Part shown: one piece after another, positions 10,874 to 19,952 of the stretch
Layout of the letters: every line of letters begins with the position of its first letter
Numbering within the stretch: position 1 is the first letter of the stretch
Source: an uncultured delta proteobacterium
GTDB lineage: Bacteria > Desulfobacterota > Binatia > Binatales > Binataceae
Length of the DNA: 64,000 bases
Direction: 5' to 3'
Assembly: GCA_963724765.1 (NCBI GenBank)
Contig: CAVRVY010000003.1
Location: 224,001 to 288,000, forward strand
Position numbers and translations under genes: made by a program
Notes under the pieces: generated by a model
The model's input: the letters and a program-made list of their open reading frames with translations, nothing else
The model's database searches: none
Told to the model about the DNA's origin: nothing

Positions 10874-11570
10874 TCAAACCTCAATCGGCTGGGACAGTCT
10901 CGGGACGAACGGACGCCGGTTTTTCGCGACGCTGTACACCGCAGCGAGCAGCTTGTGCATGCAGGCGATCATCGCGACTTTTGCTCGCTTGCCGGCGCGG
11001 CGGAGACGCGAGTAATACGCGCGGAGCCAAGGTTGAGGCGCACAGCAACGAGGACTGGCATCCATAGGGCGCGCCTGAGGCGAGCATTTCCGAGCGGCAT
11101 CGCGATTCTACTCGAGAACCTTCGTTTCCCGGATTGATGTAGGCGAGGGACTACGCCGACGTAGCTGGCAAGAGCAGCGAAGCTGCGGAAGCGAGCCGGG
11201 TCGCCCGCTTGCGCAATGATGGTCGCGGCGGTGAGTGGGCCCGCCGGTGATGGTCGTGAGAAGTCTCCCGACCTCATGCGATTCGAGCCTTTGTCCTGTC
11301 ATACGCTCAAGATCACGAGCTCTTTGGCGCAGCCGACGATGTCGTCGCACACGTATCGTATATGCAGCTCGTGCACGCCGTGCTGGCGCTGGCCGACTGA
11401 AGCCTTCGCGGCAGCGATCAGAGCTGTGGCGAGAGCTGTTCCAACTCGCTTGTCGACTGCGAAACGAAGCATGGAGAGTTTCTTGGCTGAAGCCTGACGA
11501 AGAGCTGCAGCGGTTGGATACTTAGACAGGATAGTCGTGGCGAGCTCTGTGTCGAGACCCCGAACGTAGC
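10874..11570 (-). pseudogene. IS110-family transposase, C-terminal remnant with multiple frameshifts
   Basis: GPLTAATIIAQAGDPARF, LASYVGVVPRLHQSG, GNARLRRALW, KVAMIACMHKLL; RuvC-like N-terminus missing. Confidence 0.8.
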
Positions 11571-11620
11571 GGGGAACGTTACGGGACTTGACGACGTCGT
11601 CAAATCCCGTAACGTCCCCC
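11571..11620. repeat. Near-perfect 50-bp palindrome
   Basis: GGGGAACGTTACGGGACTTGACGAC/GTCGTCAAATCCCGTAACGTCCCC: arms differ by one mismatch and one extra base. Confidence 0.85.
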
Positions 11621-12007
11621 TTGTTTTGTGGTGTTGTTCCGATCCTGCCGAAGGCCGCCATCACCACCATCCTGGCGCCGTCTGCTTCTACGTCTCCGAT
11701 GGAAGGATTTCCTCTTGTTTCAGAGGAGCTGCGGAGATTGAGAAACGAGACGAGTTTTCTAAACCGCGCCCGAGCTCACATAGGCTGAGCCCTTATCCGG
11801 ATTTACGGCCGTCAGATCGATCATCTCGAAATCCGTGGATCCGTTCCCCGCGTTTCCGTATCCGCTCGAAAAAGCCCGGGTGTGCGGATCTGACCGACAG
11901 TTGACGAGGCAACGAACTCGGCGCTGAAGTGAACGATAGGAGTGGCTTTAACTCGCTTACAAACTACGCTCGCATCAGGACCGCCAGACCAAAGGAGAAC
12001 GGAGACC

Positions 12008-12484
12008 GTGCGTAAAACCCTAATCGACCCGGCAACCGTGCACTCGGAGCTGCGCACCAAACAAGAATGGCTCGATCTCGAAGAGGTGGCCAAAGTTGAA
12101 GTCACATCGGAGGATCCGAGCTTCCCGGTTGAGTCTGCCTTGGTCTCGGGGAAGGGACCGGGCTGGCGGGCGGCCCAAAGAGGTAAGCAGATCATCCGCA
12201 TAATATTCGATAAGCCAACGCGGCTCCGCCGAATCAGACTCGAGTTTTTGGAGATGGAAATCGCGCGGGCTCAGGAGTTCACTCTTCAGTGGTCGGCCGA
12301 GCCAGGCGGGCCATTCAGCGAGATCGTTCGCCAGCAGTGGAGTTTCAGTCCGCAAGGCTCGACAAGTGAAATCGAAGACTATCAAGTCAATTTAGCTACC
12401 GTCTCGATCTTAGAGTTGGCTATTAAGCCCGATCTCACGCCCGACAATGCATTCGCAACCCTGGCAAGGTGGCGCATGATATAA
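12008..12484 (+). CDS. Galactose-binding/discoidin (APC10/DOC-like) fold protein
   Basis: GGAG RBS then GTG; WLDLEEVAKVEVTSED.FPVESAL, GWRAA..GKQ.IRIIFD, QEFTLQWS, IVRQQW beta-sandwich pattern. Confidence 0.65.
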   Translation: MRKTLIDPATVHSELRTKQEWLDLEEVAKVEVTSEDPSFPVESALVSGKGPGWRAAQRGKQIIRIIFDKPTRLRRIRLEFLEMEIARAQEFTLQWSAEPGGPFSEIVRQQWSFSPQGSTSEIEDYQVNLATVSILELAIKPDLTPDNAFATLARWRMI

Positions 12485-12670
12485 GGCGGCCTGAGTATGA
12501 ACGGATGACACCGCTCCATTCGCCTATCAAGTTTGGGCGAAACTCATGACCCATAGATCCTATGCACAAGGGCGCGAAGAGTTTCCTGAGACGCAATGGG
12601 ATTTCGTAGAACTCGAGTTGTCACTTGCCGCAGGCGGAGGACGGTCATCTGAGGACTGGGAGGATGGACG

Positions 12671-13030
12671 ATGAACAGTCCAAGCCCACAGCGCCTGCTT
12701 TCGATCGTTGGTGCTATGACGTTAACTTCCCTCATCAACGGCTGCACGCTTTTCACTCCGCAACCGAAAGGACAGATCGTTGTGCAGGCAGTATCCTGGA
12801 CTCTCGTCAAGAAATGGGCTGAACCTGACGCGGGCTTGCCGGGGCACAAGGTGATAGTGCAGAAAGCCGAAGATCACAGCGTCATCGCGGAGAAGACCAC
12901 CAATGCCTCAGGTATCCTCGCATTCGATGTTCCCGCGGGCAGATACATCGTGCTCGGCCTCGGGGATCAGCCCGAAACCATAACCGTCGAATCTGGTCGC
13001 GCAGTCAAGCTGAAATTAGTCGTGCATTAG
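12671..13030 (+). CDS. Small putative lipoprotein, prealbumin/carboxypeptidase-regulatory-like beta fold
   Basis: GGAGG RBS; hydrophobic leader with lipobox-like LINGC; TTNASG..FDVPAGRY motif. Confidence 0.6.
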   Translation: MNSPSPQRLLSIVGAMTLTSLINGCTLFTPQPKGQIVVQAVSWTLVKKWAEPDAGLPGHKVIVQKAEDHSVIAEKTTNASGILAFDVPAGRYIVLGLGDQPETITVESGRAVKLKLVVH

Positions 13031-13059
13031 CGTTGTTTTAGATACGTTGACGGACACAA

Positions 13060-13290
13060 AGCTCGTTTCGGCTGCTGTATCTAGTGATCATCCTGGCCCA
13101 CGATCGTAGGAAAATTGTGCCATGTCATCCTAAGTCAGACCGCAGGCTGGCCATCACGTCAAGTAATCGCGGCATTCCCGTGGGACACGGCTCCGCGCTA
13201 CCCGCTGCGCGATCGCGACGCCTCGTATGGCCGGTACTTCCAGCCGAGTCGCAGCGATGGGGATCAGGAAGTCATTACGGCGCCGCGTTC
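13060..13290 (+). mobile_element. rve-IS internal fragment
   Basis: IILAHDRRKIV, AFPWDTAPRYPLRDRDASYG, EVITAPRS in broken frames. Confidence 0.7.
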
Positions 13291-13354
13291 TGCCAGGGCG
13301 AAGATCGTTAAGATATAATGCTCATGAACCGATGGGAGTGCGCGGGGATGCCAC

Positions 13355-13762
13355 GTGGATACGCCAAGAACCAAGCGGCAATACGTATGGGAAAAGACTG
13401 GCGGCTTTTGCTGGTACTGCGGAGCACGGCTATACCTACGGGAGGACGCTGACGAAGAGCTCAAAAAGCGGCTCGTGTTCACGGTCGACCATCTGCACCC
13501 TCGCGTGCATGGGGGCCGCGGTCGTGCGAATAAAGTGCCGGCGTGTAAGTACTGTAACTCGCACAAGAGCTGGCGGAGCGTCGAACAATTTCGGGAATGG
13601 GTTCGGGTCCGGCTATCTGGCCAGGCGAAAAACGCTGTTCCTCAGGCCTGGAAGGTCAATGCGGAAGGTGTGATCTTTTACTTTGAGCTTGCCCGTTTTG
13701 GGCACAGCCGGAGAGCAGCGAGAGAGAGCTTAGGGAAACATCCAACGAATTCCGGACCATGA
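13355..13762 (+). CDS. HNH endonuclease (McrA-like, Zn-binding)
   Basis: CWYCG...TVDHLHP..HGG...NKVPACKYCNSHK, a canonical HNH signature. Confidence 0.85.
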   Translation: MDTPRTKRQYVWEKTGGFCWYCGARLYLREDADEELKKRLVFTVDHLHPRVHGGRGRANKVPACKYCNSHKSWRSVEQFREWVRVRLSGQAKNAVPQAWKVNAEGVIFYFELARFGHSRRAARESLGKHPTNSGP

Positions 13763-13897
13763 GCTTTTTCATTGAGCGTCCATACTCGACAGCAAGGAGG
13801 ACATGCCAAGGATAGCCGATCCGGCGCTGCTCAAGGCGGTGGCGCGAGGCATTGGTTCGAGGAAATCGACTCTGGTCGAGTGCGCTCGGCTGAGACT

Positions 13898-14345
13898 CGG
13901 CGGTCGGATTGTTCGTCACGCTGATGCTCACCAGTCGCCTGCGGGCGTGACGAAGAATGACCAGGCCGTAGAGCAGCTTGAAGGAGATAGTTCGAACCAC
14001 GAACAGATCGATGGACGCGATCCCAGCGCCATGGTTGCGCAGGAATGTCTTCCAACCCTGGGAGGGTGGCTGCTGCCTCCTGCTCATGTACCTCGCTACG
14101 GTTGATTCGGCGACCTCGATCCCGAGCATCGGCAGTTCGCCGTGTATCCGCGGCGCTCCCCACAGTGGGTTCTCTTTGTGCGACGGCCACCACATCGGCG
14201 GGATTTCCAGCGCCAATAGGCCCGAAAGCCGCACCGATGCCACCGGATCACGGTCGCGGGCTTGACCACGGTGATCGCATTCAGAATCGTTGGGAAGAAT
14301 CGGTACAGCCAGACGAAGATCAGCCGATCGATGTTCCGCAGCCGC
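13898..14345 (-). mobile_element. rve-IS fragment
   Basis: ENPLWGAPRIHGEL, SQGWKTFLRNH, IDLFVVRTISFKLLYGL, very similar to the 7679-8712 copy. Confidence 0.75.
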
Positions 14346-14628
14346 TGTGGCTCCTCAAAACCTGATCGGCGCGGATTGGTGGATGGTTTTGATCGTCTGC
14401 GGATAGGCAGCCTTCATGGGCGACGCCTGTAAGACGAGGACTCCCCGTTGCGTTGTTCATTCGTTGTGGGCACTTGGCAGTCTCCACAGAAGATCGATGC
14501 GATAAACACGGCCGGTGGCCCGTGTCGCGAGGCGAAGGACTCGCGAACTAAGCAGACCAGAGAGCGACTGGATGCGTGCCGGGAAACGAGCGATGTGTGT
14601 GTCTGCCCGGAGAAGGAGCCGGGCAGAC

Positions 14629-15108
14629 ATGAAAAGTAGCCCATCAGACGCCGAGCCCGATAAACTCTACGGCGAACTCGCCAGCCTTCCCGCGCTGGGT
14701 CCGGAGCGATTGAAGGAGCGGTGGCGGATTCTTTACGGCACCGAACCGCCACCCCGCATCAGCGAAGATCTGCTGAGACGCGCGATCGCCTACCGGCTCC
14801 AGGAGCGCGCGTTCGGCGGCCTCAAGCCTTCCACGCGCCGACTGCTCCAGCGGATCGCCGAGGACGCACGACCGCGTTCGTCATCGGCCACGCCAAGACG
14901 CAAGCTCTCTGCGGGCGCGGTTCTGATTCGGGAGTGGCAGGGAACCAGTCATCAGGTGACAGTGCTCGAGGACGGCGTGCTGTTCCGCGGCAAGCGCCAT
15001 CGCTCACTGTCGGAGGTCGCGCGCAAGATCACCGGCAACCGCTGGTCGGGTCCGCTGTTCTTCGGACTCAAGGCACCCGTAGGGGAGAACCACGATGGAA
15101 CGCGGTAA
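14629..15108 (+). CDS. DUF2924 domain-containing protein (copy 2)
   Basis: AAGGAG RBS; RAIAYRLQERAFGGLKPSTRRLL, REWQG, RSLSEVARKITGNRWSGPLFFGL. Confidence 0.85.
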   Translation: MKSSPSDAEPDKLYGELASLPALGPERLKERWRILYGTEPPPRISEDLLRRAIAYRLQERAFGGLKPSTRRLLQRIAEDARPRSSSATPRRKLSAGAVLIREWQGTSHQVTVLEDGVLFRGKRHRSLSEVARKITGNRWSGPLFFGLKAPVGENHDGTR

Positions 15109-16768
15109 ATCTCAGCCTCGCCGTTGCGCCATCTACACCCGCAAGTCCTCCGAGGAGGGGCTGGAGCAGGATTTCAACTCGCTACAGGCTCAACGTGAGG
15201 CGTGCGAGGCGTTCATCAAGAGTCAGCACGGCGAGGGCTGGCGGCTGGTCAGGGCCGCTTATGACGACGGCGGGTTCTCGGGCGGAACCATGGAGCGTCC
15301 GGCCCTGCAGCGGCTGCTGGCCGACATCCGCGAGCGGGTCATCGATGTCATAGTGGTGTATAAGGTGGATCGGCTCACCCGCTCCTTGGCCGACTTCGCC
15401 AAGATGGTCGAGCTGTTCGACGCGCACGCGGTGTCGTTTGTTGCGGTCACCCAGCAGTTCAATACGACCAGCTCGATGGGCCGCCTGACGCTCAACGTGC
15501 TCTTGTCGTTCGCGCAGTTCGAGCGGGAGGTGACCGGAGAACGGATTCGGGACAAGATCGCCGCTTCCAAGCGCCGGGGGATGTGGATGGGCGGCACGGT
15601 AGCACTGGGCTACGACGTTAGCGATCACCGTCTGGTGATCAACCCGGCCGAGGCCGAGACCGTCAGGGAAATCTTCCAGCGTTACCTGGAGCTGCGCAGC
15701 GTGAGGCTGCTCAAGGACGATCTCGACCGACGTGGTATCATCTCCAAGATTCGGCTCTCCAGGAACGGCAACCGCTCGGGAGGGAAGGCATTCTCTCGCG
15801 GCGCGCTCTACGAGTTGCTTTCCAACCCGGTCTACATCGGCGAGATCCGGCACCGCAAAGAACGCCACCCCGGCCAGCACGAGCCGATTATGGACCGTGA
15901 GCTGTGGGAGCAGGCTCAGCGCCAGTTGCGCGATCAAGCGGCCAGGTGTAGAACGCCCGCTACCAAGGCGGGCCCGAGCCCGCTGGCGGGCAAGCTGTTC
16001 GATGCAGACGGCGAATGCCTTTACGTGGCAGGAGCCGCCAAGGGCGAGCGGCGCTATCGATACTATGTCTCGCGCCGCCTAGTCACGGGCTCCGCAGAGA
16101 AGATGCGGAACGGCTGGCGGCTGTCGGGTCCAGAAATCGAGCGAACCGTGGCTGTAGCCGCTCGACAGCTCCTCAATGATCACGCGGCCGTCAGTGCCTC
16201 TGCTTGCAACCTCGGCGTTGGCGCAGGCGATATTCCCGCCGTGCTGGAAGCGGCAGGCGAATGGAGCCGGCGGCTCCAGTCAGAAGCGGATGGCGCGGCA
16301 GCGCTGAGCGGGTTGGTCGACAAGGTAAATCTGAAACCGGGCGGCATCGAGCTTTCGATCAACCTCCCGTTGCCAGTCGATGGTACCCACGGTGCCGCGG
16401 CGATGCTGCCGATTACACAGTTCTTCGCGATACGAATGAAGCGCCGGGGTGTGGAGATGCGGCTCATAATCGGAGGCGCAGACGCACCGCCGCGCAAGCC
16501 TGATGCTGCGCTGCTCAAGGCGATCGCACGGGCCCATCGGTGGTTCGAGGAACTCATTTCCGCCCGGGCGACATCGCTGGCCGCGATCGCCAGCCGCGAG
16601 GGCGTAACTGATCGATACGTCGCCCGCCTCATCCGGCTGGCGTTTCTCGCGCCGAAAATCGTCGAGGCGATCGCCGAGCGCGGAGAACTGGCCGATCTGA
16701 AACTCACCCCGCATGTCGACCTGCCGTTGGACTGGACGACCCAGAAGCGAGCGGTCGGCCTCGAATAG
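15095..16768 (+). CDS. Large serine recombinase (intact, 557 aa)
   Basis: AIYTRKSS catalytic Ser, DRLTRS, recombinase domain LLSNPVYIG/HEPIMDRELW, C-terminal HTH-like segment. Confidence 0.9.
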   Translation: MERGKSQPRRCAIYTRKSSEEGLEQDFNSLQAQREACEAFIKSQHGEGWRLVRAAYDDGGFSGGTMERPALQRLLADIRERVIDVIVVYKVDRLTRSLADFAKMVELFDAHAVSFVAVTQQFNTTSSMGRLTLNVLLSFAQFEREVTGERIRDKIAASKRRGMWMGGTVALGYDVSDHRLVINPAEAETVREIFQRYLELRSVRLLKDDLDRRGIISKIRLSRNGNRSGGKAFSRGALYELLSNPVYIGEIRHRKERHPGQHEPIMDRELWEQAQRQLRDQAARCRTPATKAGPSPLAGKLFDADGECLYVAGAAKGERRYRYYVSRRLVTGSAEKMRNGWRLSGPEIERTVAVAARQLLNDHAAVSASACNLGVGAGDIPAVLEAAGEWSRRLQSEADGAAALSGLVDKVNLKPGGIELSINLPLPVDGTHGAAAMLPITQFFAIRMKRRGVEMRLIIGGADAPPRKPDAALLKAIARAHRWFEELISARATSLAAIASREGVTDRYVARLIRLAFLAPKIVEAIAERGELADLKLTPHVDLPLDWTTQKRAVGLE

Positions 16769-16771
16769 ACC
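16622..16771 (+). repeat. 150-bp direct repeat A (recombinase 3' end)
   Basis: Matches 19311-19460 with 5 mismatches by manual alignment. Confidence 0.95.
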
Positions 16772-16849
16772 GATTGCTCCAACCATGGGGTCGCCTGCTC
16801 ATTTCCATGTCCGCGTTCACATTGGCCGCAACCGCTCTTGTAATAATCG

Positions 16850-19159
16850 ATGGGGACCTTAAGGCAACGGGCTATGGCCGCCTTCGCCAAACCGGGGCTC
16901 CGCCTCGCGCAACCGACCGGTTGGTTCGATCAGCTTGCTGCGTTGCTGGCTCGGGAGCTTGCGCCCAACTCACGAAAACTCCGCACGGCCCTTCGCATGA
17001 CCACGATTGCCACGCTCGGCGCAGGCCTAGTCGCGAGTTGTCACGTCGACAACGAGCTCGGCACTTACATCGTGTGGCTCCTGGTCGGCGCGGGACCAAT
17101 GATGTCTGTGCGCAAGGCGGGTGCGTTTCTGGTCGCAGAAGCGCTCGCGCTTATCTCATCAGTGGTGATGGCGCGCGCCTTGGCGGAAACGCCGTGGCTA
17201 ATGCTCCCGTTTCTCTTCGCATTGCTTTCATTTTCAACCTACCTAGGAATGATTTGGAAGCTAGGCGCTCCGCTCCTCCTCATCGAGGTGGTCTGCCTCG
17301 ATACTTTCTATGGCGTGGTGTTTGCGCCTCAGGAGATTGGTTGGAGCGCGGCCGGTGCGTTTGGCGGCAGCGTGATCGCCTTCGGCACGCTCGTTCTATT
17401 CGACAACTGGCTGTGGCCCGATCGCGGCGAAGGGATCCTGCTGGAATCGCTGGGAGCGAGCGTCGCGCGCGATCGTTCGCGGCTGCTCGAGGCTTCAAAT
17501 TTTTATCTGGATCGCCGAAGCGCGCCGCGACCGCCGCTGCCACCGCCGACTTCGGATCTTCCCGAACACATGGATCTTCTGAATCGAGCCGTGGCAGAGG
17601 GTGTGTCTGAGCATCGCCATGCGATCCTGCTTGCGGCTGTCACGCGCGTGGCGCGCATTGGTCTTGAAATGGATCGCCTGACCGTCGCGGCGCGCCAGAA
17701 CGTACCAGGAGAAATTCGCGCTATGGTACGGCCCGAGATTCAAGCGACGGTGGAGGCGATCGCGGTGGTATTGGACGAGTTCGCCCGCGAACTGCCGACG
17801 CACATCGCTGTTGGCGTTGACAAAACGCCTCCCGCCTCACGGACCCGCGCGCGATCGACGCTAGACAATCTCAGTGCTCGCATCATCCAGGTCAGACCAA
17901 CATATATCGGCAAGGCGAGTTCCTCAGAGCTCGAGAATTTCGCAGACTTCACCGATTCGCTGGCTGCGCTGACCGGACATATCGAGCGCCTGCTCGATGA
18001 GCCTCCGCAGCCGCCCGCCGCGGCGCCGGCGAATAGCGCGGTTCGGCGGTTGACCGACGCTCCCGATCCTGCCCTTGTCCGCTATTCCCTGAAGGTCGGT
18101 GCCTGCGTGATGATCGGTTATGTGGTCGGCATCGTTAGCCATCGCTCCGAGCTAAACACAATCCTGACGACGGTAATAATAACCGCGCTTCCCACCTACG
18201 GCGCAGCCCTGCGCAAAATGAATCTGCGGATCGTCGGAGCGATAATCGGCGGAGCGATTTCTCTTCTGGCAATCATCATCGTCACGCCCAACTTCGAAAC
18301 TCTTCCGGCTTATCTGCTCGCCGTCTTCGTAGTCTTCTATGTCTCCGCGTACTGCTCTCTCGGCAGCGGACGTGTTGCATACGCAGGAAAGCAGATAGGT
18401 ACGACATTCGCGTTGGTGTTCACCGGCTTGAGCCCTGCCCTCGACATCTATGAGCCGCTCTGGCGTATCTGGGCAATTTTGCTTGGCACGCTTGTCGTAG
18501 CAATCGTCACTTTCGTGTTGTGGCCGGAATACGCCGGTGATTCCTTGTTGCCGAGGCTGCGTAAAGTTATTCGCGATACGCTGGCGCTGGTGCCCGGCGG
18601 TTCCGCCGCGAACACTGAGGATGCGATCCAGCAGCTTAACTCTGGGACCATGCGCGCGCTCGCCGAAATCCTGGAGGTCGCGGATGACGCGCAAGTGGAG
18701 GGCCGCACCAGCACGGTCAACCATAACGCGATCGTCGAGGCGGCCGGAACGCTCCGGCGCATCGCGAACCGGCTGGCCTCAATAGCGACTGGGCGCATAA
18801 TCACTCCTGCGCCGCGACTAGACCCGGTGACCGAATCGGCGCGCGAGGCGGTGCTCGACGCAATTCGTCGGCACCTTCAGTCCTGGCTCGACTTTTTCGG
18901 CGGTGCTGACAGCCTCAGGGCCTCGGCCGCCCAGGCAATCGCACGAGCACACTCAACGGATGATATGAAAATGCCGCTCGAGCAGCTCAGCTCACGGCTG
19001 GAAGAGCGAGAATTCGCGCGAATCGAAGCGTGGACTCTCGAGCAGCGGCGCGCGATCCTAGCTGAATTACACTCGATGCGCCGTCTCGAATACCTGGTCT
19101 CCGAATTGAATCGATGGCTCGCACAAATTCCGGGCCACGCGTCGAACCTCGCGCGCTAA
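16850..19159 (+). CDS. FUSC-family (aromatic acid exporter-like) inner membrane protein
   Basis: Two hydrophobic TM blocks separated by helical domains; RYSLKVG, RKMNLRIVGAIIG, VLWPE motifs. Confidence 0.8.
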   Translation: MGTLRQRAMAAFAKPGLRLAQPTGWFDQLAALLARELAPNSRKLRTALRMTTIATLGAGLVASCHVDNELGTYIVWLLVGAGPMMSVRKAGAFLVAEALALISSVVMARALAETPWLMLPFLFALLSFSTYLGMIWKLGAPLLLIEVVCLDTFYGVVFAPQEIGWSAAGAFGGSVIAFGTLVLFDNWLWPDRGEGILLESLGASVARDRSRLLEASNFYLDRRSAPRPPLPPPTSDLPEHMDLLNRAVAEGVSEHRHAILLAAVTRVARIGLEMDRLTVAARQNVPGEIRAMVRPEIQATVEAIAVVLDEFARELPTHIAVGVDKTPPASRTRARSTLDNLSARIIQVRPTYIGKASSSELENFADFTDSLAALTGHIERLLDEPPQPPAAAPANSAVRRLTDAPDPALVRYSLKVGACVMIGYVVGIVSHRSELNTILTTVIITALPTYGAALRKMNLRIVGAIIGGAISLLAIIIVTPNFETLPAYLLAVFVVFYVSAYCSLGSGRVAYAGKQIGTTFALVFTGLSPALDIYEPLWRIWAILLGTLVVAIVTFVLWPEYAGDSLLPRLRKVIRDTLALVPGGSAANTEDAIQQLNSGTMRALAEILEVADDAQVEGRTSTVNHNAIVEAAGTLRRIANRLASIATGRIITPAPRLDPVTESAREAVLDAIRRHLQSWLDFFGGADSLRASAAQAIARAHSTDDMKMPLEQLSSRLEEREFARIEAWTLEQRRAILAELHSMRRLEYLVSELNRWLAQIPGHASNLAR

Positions 19160-19310
19160 GCCGTGCAAGGCAATTTGATGTCGTCAGGCTTCGGCCGCAG
19201 ATCGTCCGCTCTTCCCGGACATCTGCGATTCGCATGTGCGACCGGCACCATCCTCGTCGCCACCGCTGCACAAGAACCGCCCGCAGGGCCGCTGGTCGAG
19301 CGATCCAACT

Positions 19311-19460
19311 GCCCGCCTCATCCGGCTGGCGTTTCTCGCGCCCAAAATCGTCGAGGCGATCGCCGAGCGTCGAGAACTGGCCGATCTGAAACTCACCCCG
19401 CATGTCGAACTGCCGTTGGACTGGACGACCCAGAAGCGAGTGGTCGGCCTCGAATAGACC
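19311..19460 (+). repeat. 150-bp direct repeat B (orphan recombinase 3' end)
   Basis: Encodes ARLIRLAFLAPKIVEAIAE...VGLE*, nearly identical to the end of 15095-16768. Confidence 0.95.
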
Positions 19461-19681
19461 ATTTCTATGTCCGCGACATCGGCAAACCAGGGTCCCCGCG
19501 GTGTTTAGCCGAAGCAATTGCGAAACCGAACCAACCTGTGTCCGCGGGGAGAGAAGCACTCGCACAGCCTCGAATGACGCCGATATTCGTCCCTCTCTGG
19601 TTCGGTTGAGCGCTCAAAACGGGCCACAAAGGCGGCCATTTCGCCCTGTTCACCGGAGATTGCCGCAACAGCCAGACTCGA

Positions 19682-19773
19682 TGGCGGAGAGGGGGGGATT
19701 TGAACCCCCGAAACCCTTCCGAGTTTACACGCTCTCCAGGCGTGCGCCTTAAACCGGGCTCGGCCACCTCTCC
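19682..19773 (-). tRNA. tRNA-Ser(GGA)
   Basis: GGAGAGGTGGCCGAG...CACGC-CTGGAGA-GCGTG anticodon arm, long variable arm, GGTTCAAATCC, CCA end. Confidence 0.95.
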
Positions 19774-19952
19774 GCGTGCGGCAGCCAGTATGCCATTTGC
19801 GCGCGCCCGCCTGCCACAGGCCGCTCTGTCGCACGAGGGCACGCGGGCGCGGCCTGCCATGCGCGGGAATTGGTCCGCCGTATACGAGCGCGACCCGCCA
19901 CGCGGAGCGCGGTCTATCGTATGAGCGCGCCTCGGTCCGGCGCGCGCGGACC

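Noticed and set aside
19236-19457. 73-aa ORF resembling a small HTH protein
   Set aside because: It is the duplicated recombinase 3' end with no credible start; recorded as a repeat.
19402-19860. ORFs overlapping tRNA-Ser, and ORF 2846-3094 (MAERGEFE...)
   Set aside because: MAERGGFE-type peptides are translations of tRNA reverse complements.
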